40,891 nt of DNA from Nanobdellota archaeon (lineage in GTDB: Archaea; Nanobdellota; Nanobdellia; Woesearchaeales; JACPBV01). The notes beneath the pieces are model-generated. The model worked only from the letters and a program-made list of their open reading frames with translations. It was not told the origin of the DNA and made no database searches. The translations under genes were made by a program, and so were the position numbers. This document shows positions 9,685 to 19,096 of the stretch, one piece after another (positions within the stretch are counted from its first letter, which is position 1; each line of letters begins with the position of its first letter). The stretch lies in contig JAHJAV010000055.1 of assembly GCA_018813685.1 (NCBI GenBank), positions 1-40,891 on the forward strand. The letters run 5' to 3'.

Positions 9685-10961
9685 AATTAGTTGTAGAAAA
9701 AACAGAGAAACTTGAAGGAGAGATTACTATTCCTGGCTCTAAATCACATACAATAAGGGCTGTAATAATCGCTTCATTGGCAGAAGGGATTTCAAAGATA
9801 AAAAATCCTTTAAAGTCAGATGACACAATGGCTGCTGTAAATGCTTGCACTGCTTTTGGCGCAAAGATAAATACAGATAATGAAAGTGAGTGGGTAATAT
9901 CAGGATTTAATCATAATCCGCAGAAGCCAGAAGGAGTTATTAATATGATGAATTCAGGAACTTCTCTTAGGCTGATTTCAGGTGTAATAGCTGCTCTTTG
10001 TGATTTTGAGATTGAGTTAGATGGTGATGCTTCATTAAGGGCAAGGCCAATGCAGCCTTTGCTTAAATCACTTAATCAATTAGGTGCAGAAGCTGTGTCT
10101 GTCAGCAATAATGGATACTGCCCAATAAAGATAAAAGGGAAGATGATTGGTGGAGATACTGAAGTAGTTGGAATGTCTTCCCAGTATATTTCCAGTTTGC
10201 TGATAGCATGTCCGCTGCTTGAAGAAGATACTGAGATAAGGGTTGTTAAGCCAAATGAAATTCCTTACATACGAATAACAATGAAATGGTTGGATGAGCA
10301 AGGCATCAAGTATGAAGTGTCTGAGGATTTTACTAAGTTTAAAGTTTTTGGAAAGCAAAGGTACAAATCTTTTGAGAAATCAATTCCAGCAGACTGGAGC
10401 TCAGCAGCATTTCCTTTAGTGGGGGCTGCAATTGTTCCATCAAATGTCTTGTTGAAAGGATTGGATATTAATGATGTTCAAGGAGATAAAGCTATTATTG
10501 ATTATCTTAAGAAAATGGACGCTGACGTTAGTATTGAAGGAGATGGAATAAGGATAAAAGGCAAGGCTTTGAAAGGATGTGAGCTTGATTTGAATGCAAC
10601 TCCTGATGCACTGCCTGCTTTAGCTGTACTGGGATGTTTTGCAGAAGGCACAACTGTCTTGTTTAATGTTCCACAAGCCAGGATAAAGGAAACAGACAGA
10701 ATAAAAGTAATGACAGAAGAGCTTGAAAGAATGGGTGCTGATATAAAAGAGAGGGATGAGGGATTGATAATACATAAAAGTGAGTTGAAAGGAAATAAAG
10801 TAAGAGGCCATAGTGATCATAGGATAGTTATGGCATTAAGCTTAGCTGGGATGATATCAACTGGAAAGACAGAGATAACAACTGCAGAGTCTATTGGTGT
10901 AACTTTTCCAGATTATGCTAAAAGTATGAAGGCCTTAGGGGCTAAAATCGAGGTGGTTTAG
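9681..10961 (+). CDS. aroA: EPSP synthase
   Basis: PGSKSHTIRA, NSGTSLR, SL..RPM, SSQYISSLL, RIKETDRI, DHRIVMA. Confidence 0.96.
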   Translation: MKLVVEKTEKLEGEITIPGSKSHTIRAVIIASLAEGISKIKNPLKSDDTMAAVNACTAFGAKINTDNESEWVISGFNHNPQKPEGVINMMNSGTSLRLISGVIAALCDFEIELDGDASLRARPMQPLLKSLNQLGAEAVSVSNNGYCPIKIKGKMIGGDTEVVGMSSQYISSLLIACPLLEEDTEIRVVKPNEIPYIRITMKWLDEQGIKYEVSEDFTKFKVFGKQRYKSFEKSIPADWSSAAFPLVGAAIVPSNVLLKGLDINDVQGDKAIIDYLKKMDADVSIEGDGIRIKGKALKGCELDLNATPDALPALAVLGCFAEGTTVLFNVPQARIKETDRIKVMTEELERMGADIKERDEGLIIHKSELKGNKVRGHSDHRIVMALSLAGMISTGKTEITTAESIGVTFPDYAKSMKALGAKIEVV

Positions 10962-10962
10962 T

Positions 10963-12141
10963 ATGATGGGAAATAGTTTTGGAAGGTTGTTTAGGGTTAC
11001 AACTTGCGGTGAGTCTTATGGGATAGGGAAAGGTTCTGGATTATCAGTTATAGTAGATGGAGTGCCGCCTGGACTTAAGATTACAAAAGAAGATATACAG
11101 AAGGAGCTTGATAAAAGAAAGCCTGGAGTGGGTAAGTTGAACAGCCCTAGAAAAGAGACAGACCAATGCGCAATATTTGCAGGAATTGGGCAGGAAGGTG
11201 TTACAACAGGGGCTCCATTAGGAATCATAATCTATAATGTAGATACTCAAAAAGTGCATATTGAGCAGTATAGATCCTATAAGGATATATTTAGGCCAGG
11301 CCATGCAACCTATCCATTCTTTATGAAATATGGAGAGTCACAGGATTGGTGCGGTGCAGGAAGAGCATCTGGAAGAGAAACTGTAGCTAGAGTAGCAGGC
11401 GGAGCTATTGCAAAGATCATATTGGAAAGAGAAGGGATTGAGATAGTCTCATATACCAAAGAATGTATGGGGATAAAAACAAAAGAAATGGGTTTTGATG
11501 AGATAAAAAAGAATCGTGGAAAAAATGAGATAAACTGCCCTGATCTTGAAGCTGCTAAAAAAATGGAAGATGCTGTGTTAAAGATAAAGGGTGAAGGAGA
11601 TACAGCAGGAGGAGTAATAGAGCTTATTGCAAGAGGTGTTCCCCCTGGTTTAGGAGAGCCTGTCTTTGACAAGCTGAATGCAACAATAGCTCATGCTCTT
11701 GCTTCAATCGGAGCAGTTAAAGGAGTAGAGTTTGGAGCTGGATTTGGTGTAGGTAATATGAAAGGCTCTGAGAATAATGATCAGCCATATTTGACTAAAG
11801 ATGGAAAAGTTAGGTTCAAGACTAATAATGCCGGAGGATTTTTAGGCGGCATGACTAATGGAGAAGAGATTGTAGCTAGGATAGCTGTAAAGCCAACTCC
11901 TACAATATCAAAAAAACAGACTTCAATAAATATGAAGACAATGAAAGAAGAAGTGCTTTCACCGATAACAAGAAGAGATCCTACATTAGTTGGAAGGCTT
12001 TGGGCAGTGGCAGAGGCAATGATGGCAATAGCTATACTTGATTCATTGTACATGGCTAAAGCATATGATAGTATGGCTAGATTGGATAAGAAATGGATTA
12101 AGCTTAAAGAGTTAATAAAATGGACAAAGACAAGCCATTGA
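10963..12141 (+). CDS. aroC: Chorismate synthase (divergent motifs)
   Basis: RPGHA, GRASGRETVARVAGGA, GLGEPVFDKL, VKGVEFGAGF, TNNAGG.LGG, KPTPTI. Confidence 0.92.
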   Translation: MMGNSFGRLFRVTTCGESYGIGKGSGLSVIVDGVPPGLKITKEDIQKELDKRKPGVGKLNSPRKETDQCAIFAGIGQEGVTTGAPLGIIIYNVDTQKVHIEQYRSYKDIFRPGHATYPFFMKYGESQDWCGAGRASGRETVARVAGGAIAKIILEREGIEIVSYTKECMGIKTKEMGFDEIKKNRGKNEINCPDLEAAKKMEDAVLKIKGEGDTAGGVIELIARGVPPGLGEPVFDKLNATIAHALASIGAVKGVEFGAGFGVGNMKGSENNDQPYLTKDGKVRFKTNNAGGFLGGMTNGEEIVARIAVKPTPTISKKQTSINMKTMKEEVLSPITRRDPTLVGRLWAVAEAMMAIAILDSLYMAKAYDSMARLDKKWIKLKELIKWTKTSH

Positions 12142-12971
12142 TAGGAATAATAGGCGGAACAGGGCAGATGGGCCAGTGGTTCAAGAGATTCTTTGAGAGT
12201 AAAGGCTATAAAGTTGTTATAGCCAGCAGAAAGACCAGCATTAGTATACAGGAGTGCGCTTCTAAATGCGATATTGTGATAGTGAGTGTTCCGATAGATA
12301 TTACAGTTAAAACAATAAAAGAGATAGGGCCATTGATAAAGGAAGATGGATTGTTTATGGATTTAACTTCTATAAAGAAGGAGCCTGTTGAAGCTATGCT
12401 GAAATACAGCAAATGCGCAGTTATAGGAACACATCCTGTTTTTGGGCCTTCTGTAAAGACTATAAATAACCAGACAGTGGTATTGTGCCCTGCAAGGCCA
12501 AAGAAATGGCTTGAGTTTGTAAAAGATATATTTGAGAAGAATGGCGCAATTGTTAAGGTCACAACTCCTGAGAAGCATGACAAGATGATGTCTATCATAC
12601 AGGGATTAACACATTTTTCAACTATATGTGTAGCTCATGCTTTGAAAAAATTAGGAGTAGATGTTGAAGAAAGTATGCAGTATACTTCTCCAATCTATAA
12701 ATTAAGGATGGATATGGTCGGAAGGTTATTGAATCAGAATCCTGCATTATATGCAGATATAGCTATGCTTAACAGCGAGAACAAGAGATCAATAGAGGAA
12801 TATATCAAATCTACTAGAGAGCTGATAGGGATAATAAAAAGGAAGGATAGAGATGATTTTATCACATTCTTCAAAGAAGGCTCTAATTTTCTTGGAGATT
12901 TCAAAAAAGAAGCAACAGAGTATTCAGATTATGTTATAGAGCAATTGGTCAAGAAAGGGAGGCTAAGATGA
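12120..12971 (+). CDS. tyrA: Prephenate dehydrogenase (no chorismate mutase domain)
   Basis: GIIGGTGQMG Rossmann motif, DLTSIK, HPVFGP, EKHDKMMSIIQGLTHF. Confidence 0.9.
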   Translation: MDKDKPLIGIIGGTGQMGQWFKRFFESKGYKVVIASRKTSISIQECASKCDIVIVSVPIDITVKTIKEIGPLIKEDGLFMDLTSIKKEPVEAMLKYSKCAVIGTHPVFGPSVKTINNQTVVLCPARPKKWLEFVKDIFEKNGAIVKVTTPEKHDKMMSIIQGLTHFSTICVAHALKKLGVDVEESMQYTSPIYKLRMDMVGRLLNQNPALYADIAMLNSENKRSIEEYIKSTRELIGIIKRKDRDDFITFFKEGSNFLGDFKKEATEYSDYVIEQLVKKGRLR

Positions 12972-13777
12972 AGATCGCTACATTAGGTCCAGCAGGAACA
13001 TTCAGCCATGAGGCTTTACTTAAACGGGATAGGAAAGTTGAGATAATATTCAAGAATACTGTATGGGATGTTTTTGAAGCAGTGGATAATGATGAAGCTG
13101 AAGAAGGCATAGTTCCTATTGAGAATTCTGTTTCTGGCTCGATAGGGCTTACATTAGATGCACTTATGGAGTTTAAACTAAATATAATTGGAGAGATAAT
13201 ACTTCCTGTAAAGCATAATCTTGTTGGGTATGATGGAATAAAGGACATTAAAGTACTGTATGTACATCCTGTAACGTATGAGCAGTGTGAGAAGTTTATT
13301 AGGAAGAATATTAATGGAGTAAAGGTTATACAGACGAGCTCTAATGCTGCTTCTGCAGAGATCATTTCAAAAGAGAAGGATAAGACCAAGGCAGCGATTG
13401 TGCCAAGAGAAGCTATAGAGATATATAAATTAAAGGTAATAAAAAATGATATACAGGATAATAAGTTTAATGTTACAAGATTCGTTGTATTAAGCAAAAG
13501 TGATGGGAAGAAAAGTTCACGTGAGAGAACTTCTATTGCGATATATCCTCAGGCAGACAAGCCAGGACTGTTGTATTCTTTATTAGGCATATTTGCAAAG
13601 AGAAATATAAACCTGACTAAGATAGAGTCAAGACCGTCAAAAGGAAAGCTAGGTGATTATATCTTTTTTATAGATATGCAAGGCAATAAAGAAGATGAAA
13701 AGATAAAGGAAGCTTTTAAGATTATAGAAGAGGATTTCTTCCTTAAGGTTCTAGGATCTTACCCAAGAGAGTATTGA
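12968..13777 (+). CDS. pheA: Prephenate dehydratase with ACT domain
   Basis: LGPAGTFSHEA, VPIENS..G, NVTRF, DKPGLL, INLTKIESRP, LGSYP. Confidence 0.95.
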   Translation: MKIATLGPAGTFSHEALLKRDRKVEIIFKNTVWDVFEAVDNDEAEEGIVPIENSVSGSIGLTLDALMEFKLNIIGEIILPVKHNLVGYDGIKDIKVLYVHPVTYEQCEKFIRKNINGVKVIQTSSNAASAEIISKEKDKTKAAIVPREAIEIYKLKVIKNDIQDNKFNVTRFVVLSKSDGKKSSRERTSIAIYPQADKPGLLYSLLGIFAKRNINLTKIESRPSKGKLGDYIFFIDMQGNKEDEKIKEAFKIIEEDFFLKVLGSYPREY

Positions 13778-13779
13778 AT

Positions 13780-15300
13780 ATGGATGAGGAAAGATTAGCA
13801 CAGACATTGCATAATTATGAGAGAAAAGTTTTGAGTGTTCTTGATAAAGAGAGTACTGTAAGTGAGATTTCTTCTAAGAGCGGTTTAAAGGATATAGAAG
13901 TGATGAGAGGATTGCAATGGTTAGAGAATAAAGGCATTGTAAAGTTAAGGGAGGATGTGAAAGAGATAGTTGAATTGGATTCTAATGGTGAGAAGTATAG
14001 GGAAGGGGGGCTGCCTGAAAGAAGGTTTCTTAAGTTTGTTAAGAAAGATACTCCTGTTTCTGAGATTTTAAAAGAAGCAAAACTAAGCAATGAAGAGGTT
14101 AGTGTATGTTTAGGTGTGTTAAAGGGGAAGGCTGCTATAGCCATTAGGAAGGATAAGGAATTGATGGTTAGTATATTACCTCAGGGTGAGAAGATACTAC
14201 AGAAAGAAAGTTTAGAAGAGCTGTTTCTTAAGAAGAAATTTCCGATTTTGTTGAGTGAGCTTACAGATGAAGATAAATTTGCTCTGGATAGTTTAAGAAA
14301 AAGAAAGAATATTGTGAAAGTAGAGACTAGGAAAATAAGGAAAGCTGAGCTGACTGAATTTGGAAGGAAGTTAAGTAAGTCTGGAATAAAGTTTGAAGAG
14401 ACTTATGATAGGTTGACTCCTGCTATGGTTAGGGATGGTTCCTGGGCTAACAAAAAATTTAGAAGGTATGATGTAAAGATAAATGTTCCTTTAGTTTTTG
14501 GCGGCAAGAAACAACACTATGCAAGGTTTTTAGATGATGTTAGGGGTAAGTTTATCTCTTTGGGTTTTAGTGAGATGTTCGGGCCTATTGTAGAGACAGA
14601 ATTCTGGGATATGGATGCTTTATTTATGCCTCAGTTTCATTCTGCAAGAGATATACATGCTGCTTATTATGTGAAAGAGCCAAAGTATGGGAAACTTGAT
14701 AATTACATTGTAGAAAGGGTTAAAGAGTCTCATGAAATAGGGAAAGGAACAATAAGCAAAGGATGGCAGTATAAGTTTGATGTTAACAAGACTAAACAAT
14801 TGATATTAAGGACGCAGGGAACTGCTTTGTCTGCAAGGATGCTTGCTTCTAAAGAGTTGAAGATTCCAGGAAAGTATTTTGGGATTGCACGCTGTTTCAG
14901 GCCGGATGTTGTTGATGCTACACATAGTGCTGATTTTAATCAAGTAGAAGGGATTGTGATTGAAGAAGGTCTTAATTTCAGGCATCTTAAAGGATTGTTG
15001 AAGATGTTTGCAGAGGAATTTGCAGAGACAGACCAGATAAAGATAACTCCTGCTTATTTTCCATTTACAGAGCCGTCTGCTGAGCTGCATGCAAAGCATC
15101 CTGAGCTTGGGTGGATAGAGTTAGGAGGTTCTGGTATATTCAGACCTGAACTTGTAAAACCTTTGTTAGGGAGAGAGATATCTGTTTTAGCATGGGGGCT
15201 AGGGATTGATAGGTTAGCTATGTTTAAATTAGGGATAAAAGATATAAGGGAATTATTTTCACATAATTTAGATTTTTTGAAAGATGTTAAGGTAGTTTAA
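13780..15300 (+). CDS. pheS: Phenylalanyl-tRNA synthetase alpha subunit (archaeal type)
   Basis: W..DALFMPQ.HSARD, RCFRPD..DATH..DFNQVEG, YFPFTEPSAE, WGLGIDRLAM; ATG at 13780. Confidence 0.95.
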   Translation: MDEERLAQTLHNYERKVLSVLDKESTVSEISSKSGLKDIEVMRGLQWLENKGIVKLREDVKEIVELDSNGEKYREGGLPERRFLKFVKKDTPVSEILKEAKLSNEEVSVCLGVLKGKAAIAIRKDKELMVSILPQGEKILQKESLEELFLKKKFPILLSELTDEDKFALDSLRKRKNIVKVETRKIRKAELTEFGRKLSKSGIKFEETYDRLTPAMVRDGSWANKKFRRYDVKINVPLVFGGKKQHYARFLDDVRGKFISLGFSEMFGPIVETEFWDMDALFMPQFHSARDIHAAYYVKEPKYGKLDNYIVERVKESHEIGKGTISKGWQYKFDVNKTKQLILRTQGTALSARMLASKELKIPGKYFGIARCFRPDVVDATHSADFNQVEGIVIEEGLNFRHLKGLLKMFAEEFAETDQIKITPAYFPFTEPSAELHAKHPELGWIELGGSGIFRPELVKPLLGREISVLAWGLGIDRLAMFKLGIKDIRELFSHNLDFLKDVKVV

Positions 15301-15301
15301 A

Positions 15302-16963
15302 ATGCCAACAATAAAATTTTCATTAAAGGACTTGCAGAATTTGGTTGGAAAGAAGCTTGAGATTGATGAAGTTTCTAAGCTAGTTGAGTATGGCAAGGGT
15401 GAGTTAGAGGGTTATGATAAGGATTCTGATGAAGTTAGTGTGGAGTTTGGAGATACAAACTTGCCTTATTTATGGTCTATTGAGGGATTTGCTCGGTTGG
15501 TTAATGGTGTGTTGGGGGGTTGTAAGGGCATACCTAAGATAGAAATTAAAAAAAGTGATTATAAATTAATTGTTGATGAATCTGTTAAATATGTAAGGCC
15601 ATATATTGCTGCTTTTGTAGCTAAAGGGCATAAGGTAGATGATTATCTGATAAAGCAGATGATACAATTGCAGGAGAAGTTGTGCGAGAGTTATGGGCGT
15701 CGGAGGTTGAAGGTAGCGATTGGTGTTTATTCTTATGATAAAATAAAGTTTCCTGTTCATTACAAAGCAACTTCGCCAGAGTCTGTTAAGTTTATACCTT
15801 TAGAGTTTAAGAAAGAGATGACCCAACAGGAGATTCTGGAAGAGCATCCAACTGGAAAAGAGTATGCATGGATATTAAAGGATGCTAAGAAATACCCTAT
15901 ATTGGTTGATAGTGCTGATTCTGTGTTGAGCTTTCCGCCTATAATAAACTCTAATTTAACTGGGAGGGTTGTTTCGGGAGAAGAGCATCTTTTTGTAGAG
16001 TGTACTGGAATAGAGCTTGAGCCTTTGCTTTTGGCTATGAATATAATGGCGTATGCTTTTTATGATAGAGGATTTGAGATATATTCTGTTGATGTTAAGT
16101 ATGAAAATAAGAAAATTACAACTCCCCTTTTGTTTAATGATAAGATAAAGATTACTCTGGAGCAGGTCAAATCACTTTTAGGTTTAGAACTTAAGAATTC
16201 TGAGATTAAAATGTTGCTTGAGAAGATGGGTTATGATGTAGGTAGTGATTTGAATGTTAAGATTCCATCTTATAGGAAGGATATACTTCATCCTAATGAT
16301 GTTATAGAAGATATAGGAATTGCTTATGGTTATGATAAATTTGATGAGATTCCATTGACCTCATATACTGTTGGAGAGACTTCTTTGCTGGTTAAGTTTA
16401 GAAATAATATAAGGGAGATGCTTATCGGATTAGGGTTCCAGGAGGTTTTGAGTCCGATATTATCCAATAAGGCTGTGCTTTACGATAAGATGAATATTCC
16501 TGATTTTGGCACTATAGAACTTACTAATTTCATGTCTGAGACTTATTCGTGCGTAAGGAGTTGGCTGTTGCCTATGCTTATTGATTTTTTATCTAAGAAT
16601 AAGCATTTTGAGTATCCACAAAGGGTTTTTGAGCAGGGGCTAGTTACTGTGCACAAAGGTGATTCTGTTGTGGATTATGAGAGAATTGCTGTTGTTTCTG
16701 CTAATGATAAAGCTGATTATACAGAGATAAGGCAGGTTATAGATTATTTGTTTAGGATGTTGGATGTTTCTTATAGTGTTGAGGACTGTGAGCATGATTC
16801 TTTTATTCCTGGAAGGGTCGGAAGAGTTATTGTAAATGGAAAGAAAGTAGCTTATATTGGGGAGATATCACCTAAGGTTCTTAATAATAATGGGATAGAA
16901 GTTCCTGTTGTAGGGCTAGAGCTGAATATTTCTGAGTTGTTTGAAATTGTTGGAAAGAACTAG
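15302..16963 (+). CDS. pheT: Phenylalanyl-tRNA synthetase beta subunit (archaeal type)
   Basis: MPTI start, VRPYI, QLQEKL, LSFPPIINS, PSYRKDILH..DVIEDI.IAYGY, SFIPGR. Confidence 0.95.
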   Translation: MPTIKFSLKDLQNLVGKKLEIDEVSKLVEYGKGELEGYDKDSDEVSVEFGDTNLPYLWSIEGFARLVNGVLGGCKGIPKIEIKKSDYKLIVDESVKYVRPYIAAFVAKGHKVDDYLIKQMIQLQEKLCESYGRRRLKVAIGVYSYDKIKFPVHYKATSPESVKFIPLEFKKEMTQQEILEEHPTGKEYAWILKDAKKYPILVDSADSVLSFPPIINSNLTGRVVSGEEHLFVECTGIELEPLLLAMNIMAYAFYDRGFEIYSVDVKYENKKITTPLLFNDKIKITLEQVKSLLGLELKNSEIKMLLEKMGYDVGSDLNVKIPSYRKDILHPNDVIEDIGIAYGYDKFDEIPLTSYTVGETSLLVKFRNNIREMLIGLGFQEVLSPILSNKAVLYDKMNIPDFGTIELTNFMSETYSCVRSWLLPMLIDFLSKNKHFEYPQRVFEQGLVTVHKGDSVVDYERIAVVSANDKADYTEIRQVIDYLFRMLDVSYSVEDCEHDSFIPGRVGRVIVNGKKVAYIGEISPKVLNNNGIEVPVVGLELNISELFEIVGKN

Positions 16964-17290
16964 TTATTTATCCTTCTTATGCTCTTTTATTATCTTTCTA
17001 AGTTCTGTGTATTTGTTCTTTTTTGAGCTGCATGAGAATTCCCTGCAGGTTTTTGGGCGTTTGTTGTAGATTGTGCATGTATTGTTTTCTAAGTAGATGC
17101 AGCTCTTATCGTCTTTTTGGGCTAAGATGTTTGCTCCAGCCATATCTGCCTGCTTGAAATTGTCTGTAGGTTCTTTTATCATAGTATCATATTTTCCAGA
17201 AAGGTATTCTTGTTTTGTAAGGTCAACTATAAATAGTTTACAGCATGCTCCGCATCTTGAGCACTCTACCTTATTCGACCGTTTTGCCAT
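16964..17290 (-). CDS. YkgJ-family cysteine-cluster protein (putative Zn/Fe-binding)
   Basis: CxxCGxCC ... CIYL....CTIY..RP..CR.F.C. Confidence 0.85.
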   Translation of the reverse strand: MAKRSNKVECSRCGACCKLFIVDLTKQEYLSGKYDTMIKEPTDNFKQADMAGANILAQKDDKSCIYLENNTCTIYNKRPKTCREFSCSSKKNKYTELRKIIKEHKKDK

Positions 17291-18012
17291 TCTCTCAGAA
17301 TTCTTATCGAGGTTCTTTTTATGTCTGGAATGTTGCCTTTGGCTTTTAGATTATATTTTAATGCAATGTCTTCTATTGTCTTTTCCTTGTCTTCATCTAC
17401 ATCTACTTTGAAGAAAGACTCTATCTTTCCCGGAAATTTCTCCATTATACCCATAACTATCATATCAGGATCTTGTACTTTTGTGAAGTCTGTTGTGCCT
17501 GTAAGAGCATGCTTCAATTCGTCTTTTTCTTCATAAGGTATAACCCCTGGAGTGTCTAAGAACATTATTTGTTTGTCTGCCCTTATCTTCTGCATGCTTT
17601 TGGTGAATCCACTCAATGAGCTTGTTGGAGCTGATTTTTTTCCTTTCATTGCATTAATTAAGGATGATTTGCCAACATTAGGGTAGCCTAGAACACCTAC
17701 TGTGAATTGGTCTTTTCCTTTGTATGCTTTTTTGCCTTCCATCAAAATAGTGTTTCTCAAGATAGTTGTGCCTAGATGTTTTGTAGCAGAGATAAAGACA
17801 GACGGCCTTAGATGAGATTTGTATTTTTCTACTAGTTCTTTGTTTACCAAGTCACATTTAGTTATGACATAGATTATTGGCTTCTTAGATCTTCTTATGT
17901 TTGATTCTATCTCTGGGTTTCTTGTTTCTTCTACTAGCCTTGAATCTAACAATAACAAGAGAATGTCTGATTTGAATATTACCTTATTGACAATGTTCCA
18001 ATAGTCTTTCAT
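17266..18012 (-). CDS. Circularly permuted ribosome-biogenesis GTPase (RbgA/YlqF family)
   Basis: G4 TKCD precedes G1 GYPNVGKSS and G3 DTPG. Confidence 0.9.
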   Translation of the reverse strand: MKDYWNIVNKVIFKSDILLLLLDSRLVEETRNPEIESNIRRSKKPIIYVITKCDLVNKELVEKYKSHLRPSVFISATKHLGTTILRNTILMEGKKAYKGKDQFTVGVLGYPNVGKSSLINAMKGKKSAPTSSLSGFTKSMQKIRADKQIMFLDTPGVIPYEEKDELKHALTGTTDFTKVQDPDMIVMGIMEKFPGKIESFFKVDVDEDKEKTIEDIALKYNLKAKGNIPDIKRTSIRILREWQNGRIR

Positions 18013-18088
18013 TTGTTTATGAGGGTGGTGTTATGTTTTTAAGGGTTTCTATATGGGGTGATTAACTAAGATATAATAAAATATACAA

Positions 18089-18205
18089 CAAGAAAATTAA
18101 AAATTTTCTTGAGTTTAGTAAAATTATAAACTGGATAAACAACGAGAAAAATTTTCCTACGGAAAATTTAATTCTCTAGTTTATAAAGTTCTATACTTTA
18201 TAAAC
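18089..18205. repeat. Cluster of three perfect inverted repeats
   Basis: caagaaaatt-aaa-aattttcttg (18089-18111); aaattttcc-tac-ggaaaattt (18149-18169); gtttataaagt-tctat-actttataaac (18179-18205). Confidence 0.75.
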
Positions 18206-18229
18206 AATAAAAAAATTAGAATAAAAGAA

Positions 18230-18730
18230 TTATTCTGGTTTTGGCTCTTTAACTAGTTTTTTTGAAGCTCTTTTCTTTTCTGACGGATTTTCCTGAAGGG
18301 TTTCCTGCTTTGCTTCTTTGGCTTCGGTTTTAACTTCTGCCTTAGCTTCTTTCTTTATTTCAGCCGGCTTTGCTTCTTTCTTTGCTTCTTTTGCTGGTTC
18401 TTTTTTATTTTTGGTATCTTTTTTTGGATTTTCTGCCGATGCTGCTTTTTTTCCTCTCTGTTTTAGTGGCCTTTGTGTTTTCTCTTTCTTTTTTGTGTCC
18501 CAAACAGATAATCCAAGCTTTTCGAATTCTGCTTTTATAATATCGTGTGAATCTCCTTTCTTTATGTCTATCTTTTTTGATGTAGGCTCTAAGTGAAAGA
18601 TGTTACATTTTCTCCTTCTTACATTACCATCTATAAGGGCATAAGTGTCATCAAGAATGTCTACGATTGCAGCCTCTCCTCCTGCGTCTCTGCCACATAA
18701 CTTTATACAAATTCGTCCGACTTCAATCAT
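18230..18730 (-). CDS. rpl14e: 50S ribosomal protein L14e with long K/E/A-rich C-terminal tail
   Basis: MIEVGRICIKLCGRDAG...DG.VRRRKCNI.HLEPT; ATG 18730 after SD ggagg. Confidence 0.9.
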   Translation of the reverse strand: MIEVGRICIKLCGRDAGGEAAIVDILDDTYALIDGNVRRRKCNIFHLEPTSKKIDIKKGDSHDIIKAEFEKLGLSVWDTKKKEKTQRPLKQRGKKAASAENPKKDTKNKKEPAKEAKKEAKPAEIKKEAKAEVKTEAKEAKQETLQENPSEKKRASKKLVKEPKPE

Positions 18731-18813
18731 TTTTTCCTCCAATCTCTTTATTTTTTGGCAAAGTCACCTTGTGCCTAAGAGATTATTCTTGTTTTTGGTT
18801 ATTTTAATCCTGA

Positions 18814-19083
18814 TTATTGGCTTCTTGCTTTTTCTATCAATAATTTTCTTAAACAACTAGAACATAATTTGCCGCCATATGGCCTCTCTGGCCTTTTACT
18901 TGATTTTGGCATATTCTGCATCTTGTAAGGCCTTTCTCTTGGAACGCCTTTTAAGATAGTTCTGCATTTACTGCAATGTGCTATCTTGGGCTTTCTGCGC
19001 CCATAATGGATTACTGTCTTTCCACCTGGAGTTTTCACATAAACCCTTCGAAATGACCTTGATCTTAATCTTGGTGCTGGCAT
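18814..19083 (-). CDS. rpl34e: 50S ribosomal protein L34e
   Basis: MPAPRLRSRS..R..VKTPGG, CxxC, KRPERPYGG.LCxxC. Confidence 0.93.
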   Translation of the reverse strand: MPAPRLRSRSFRRVYVKTPGGKTVIHYGRRKPKIAHCSKCRTILKGVPRERPYKMQNMPKSSKRPERPYGGKLCSSCLRKLLIEKARSQ

Positions 19084-19096
19084 ATTAATCACGAAT

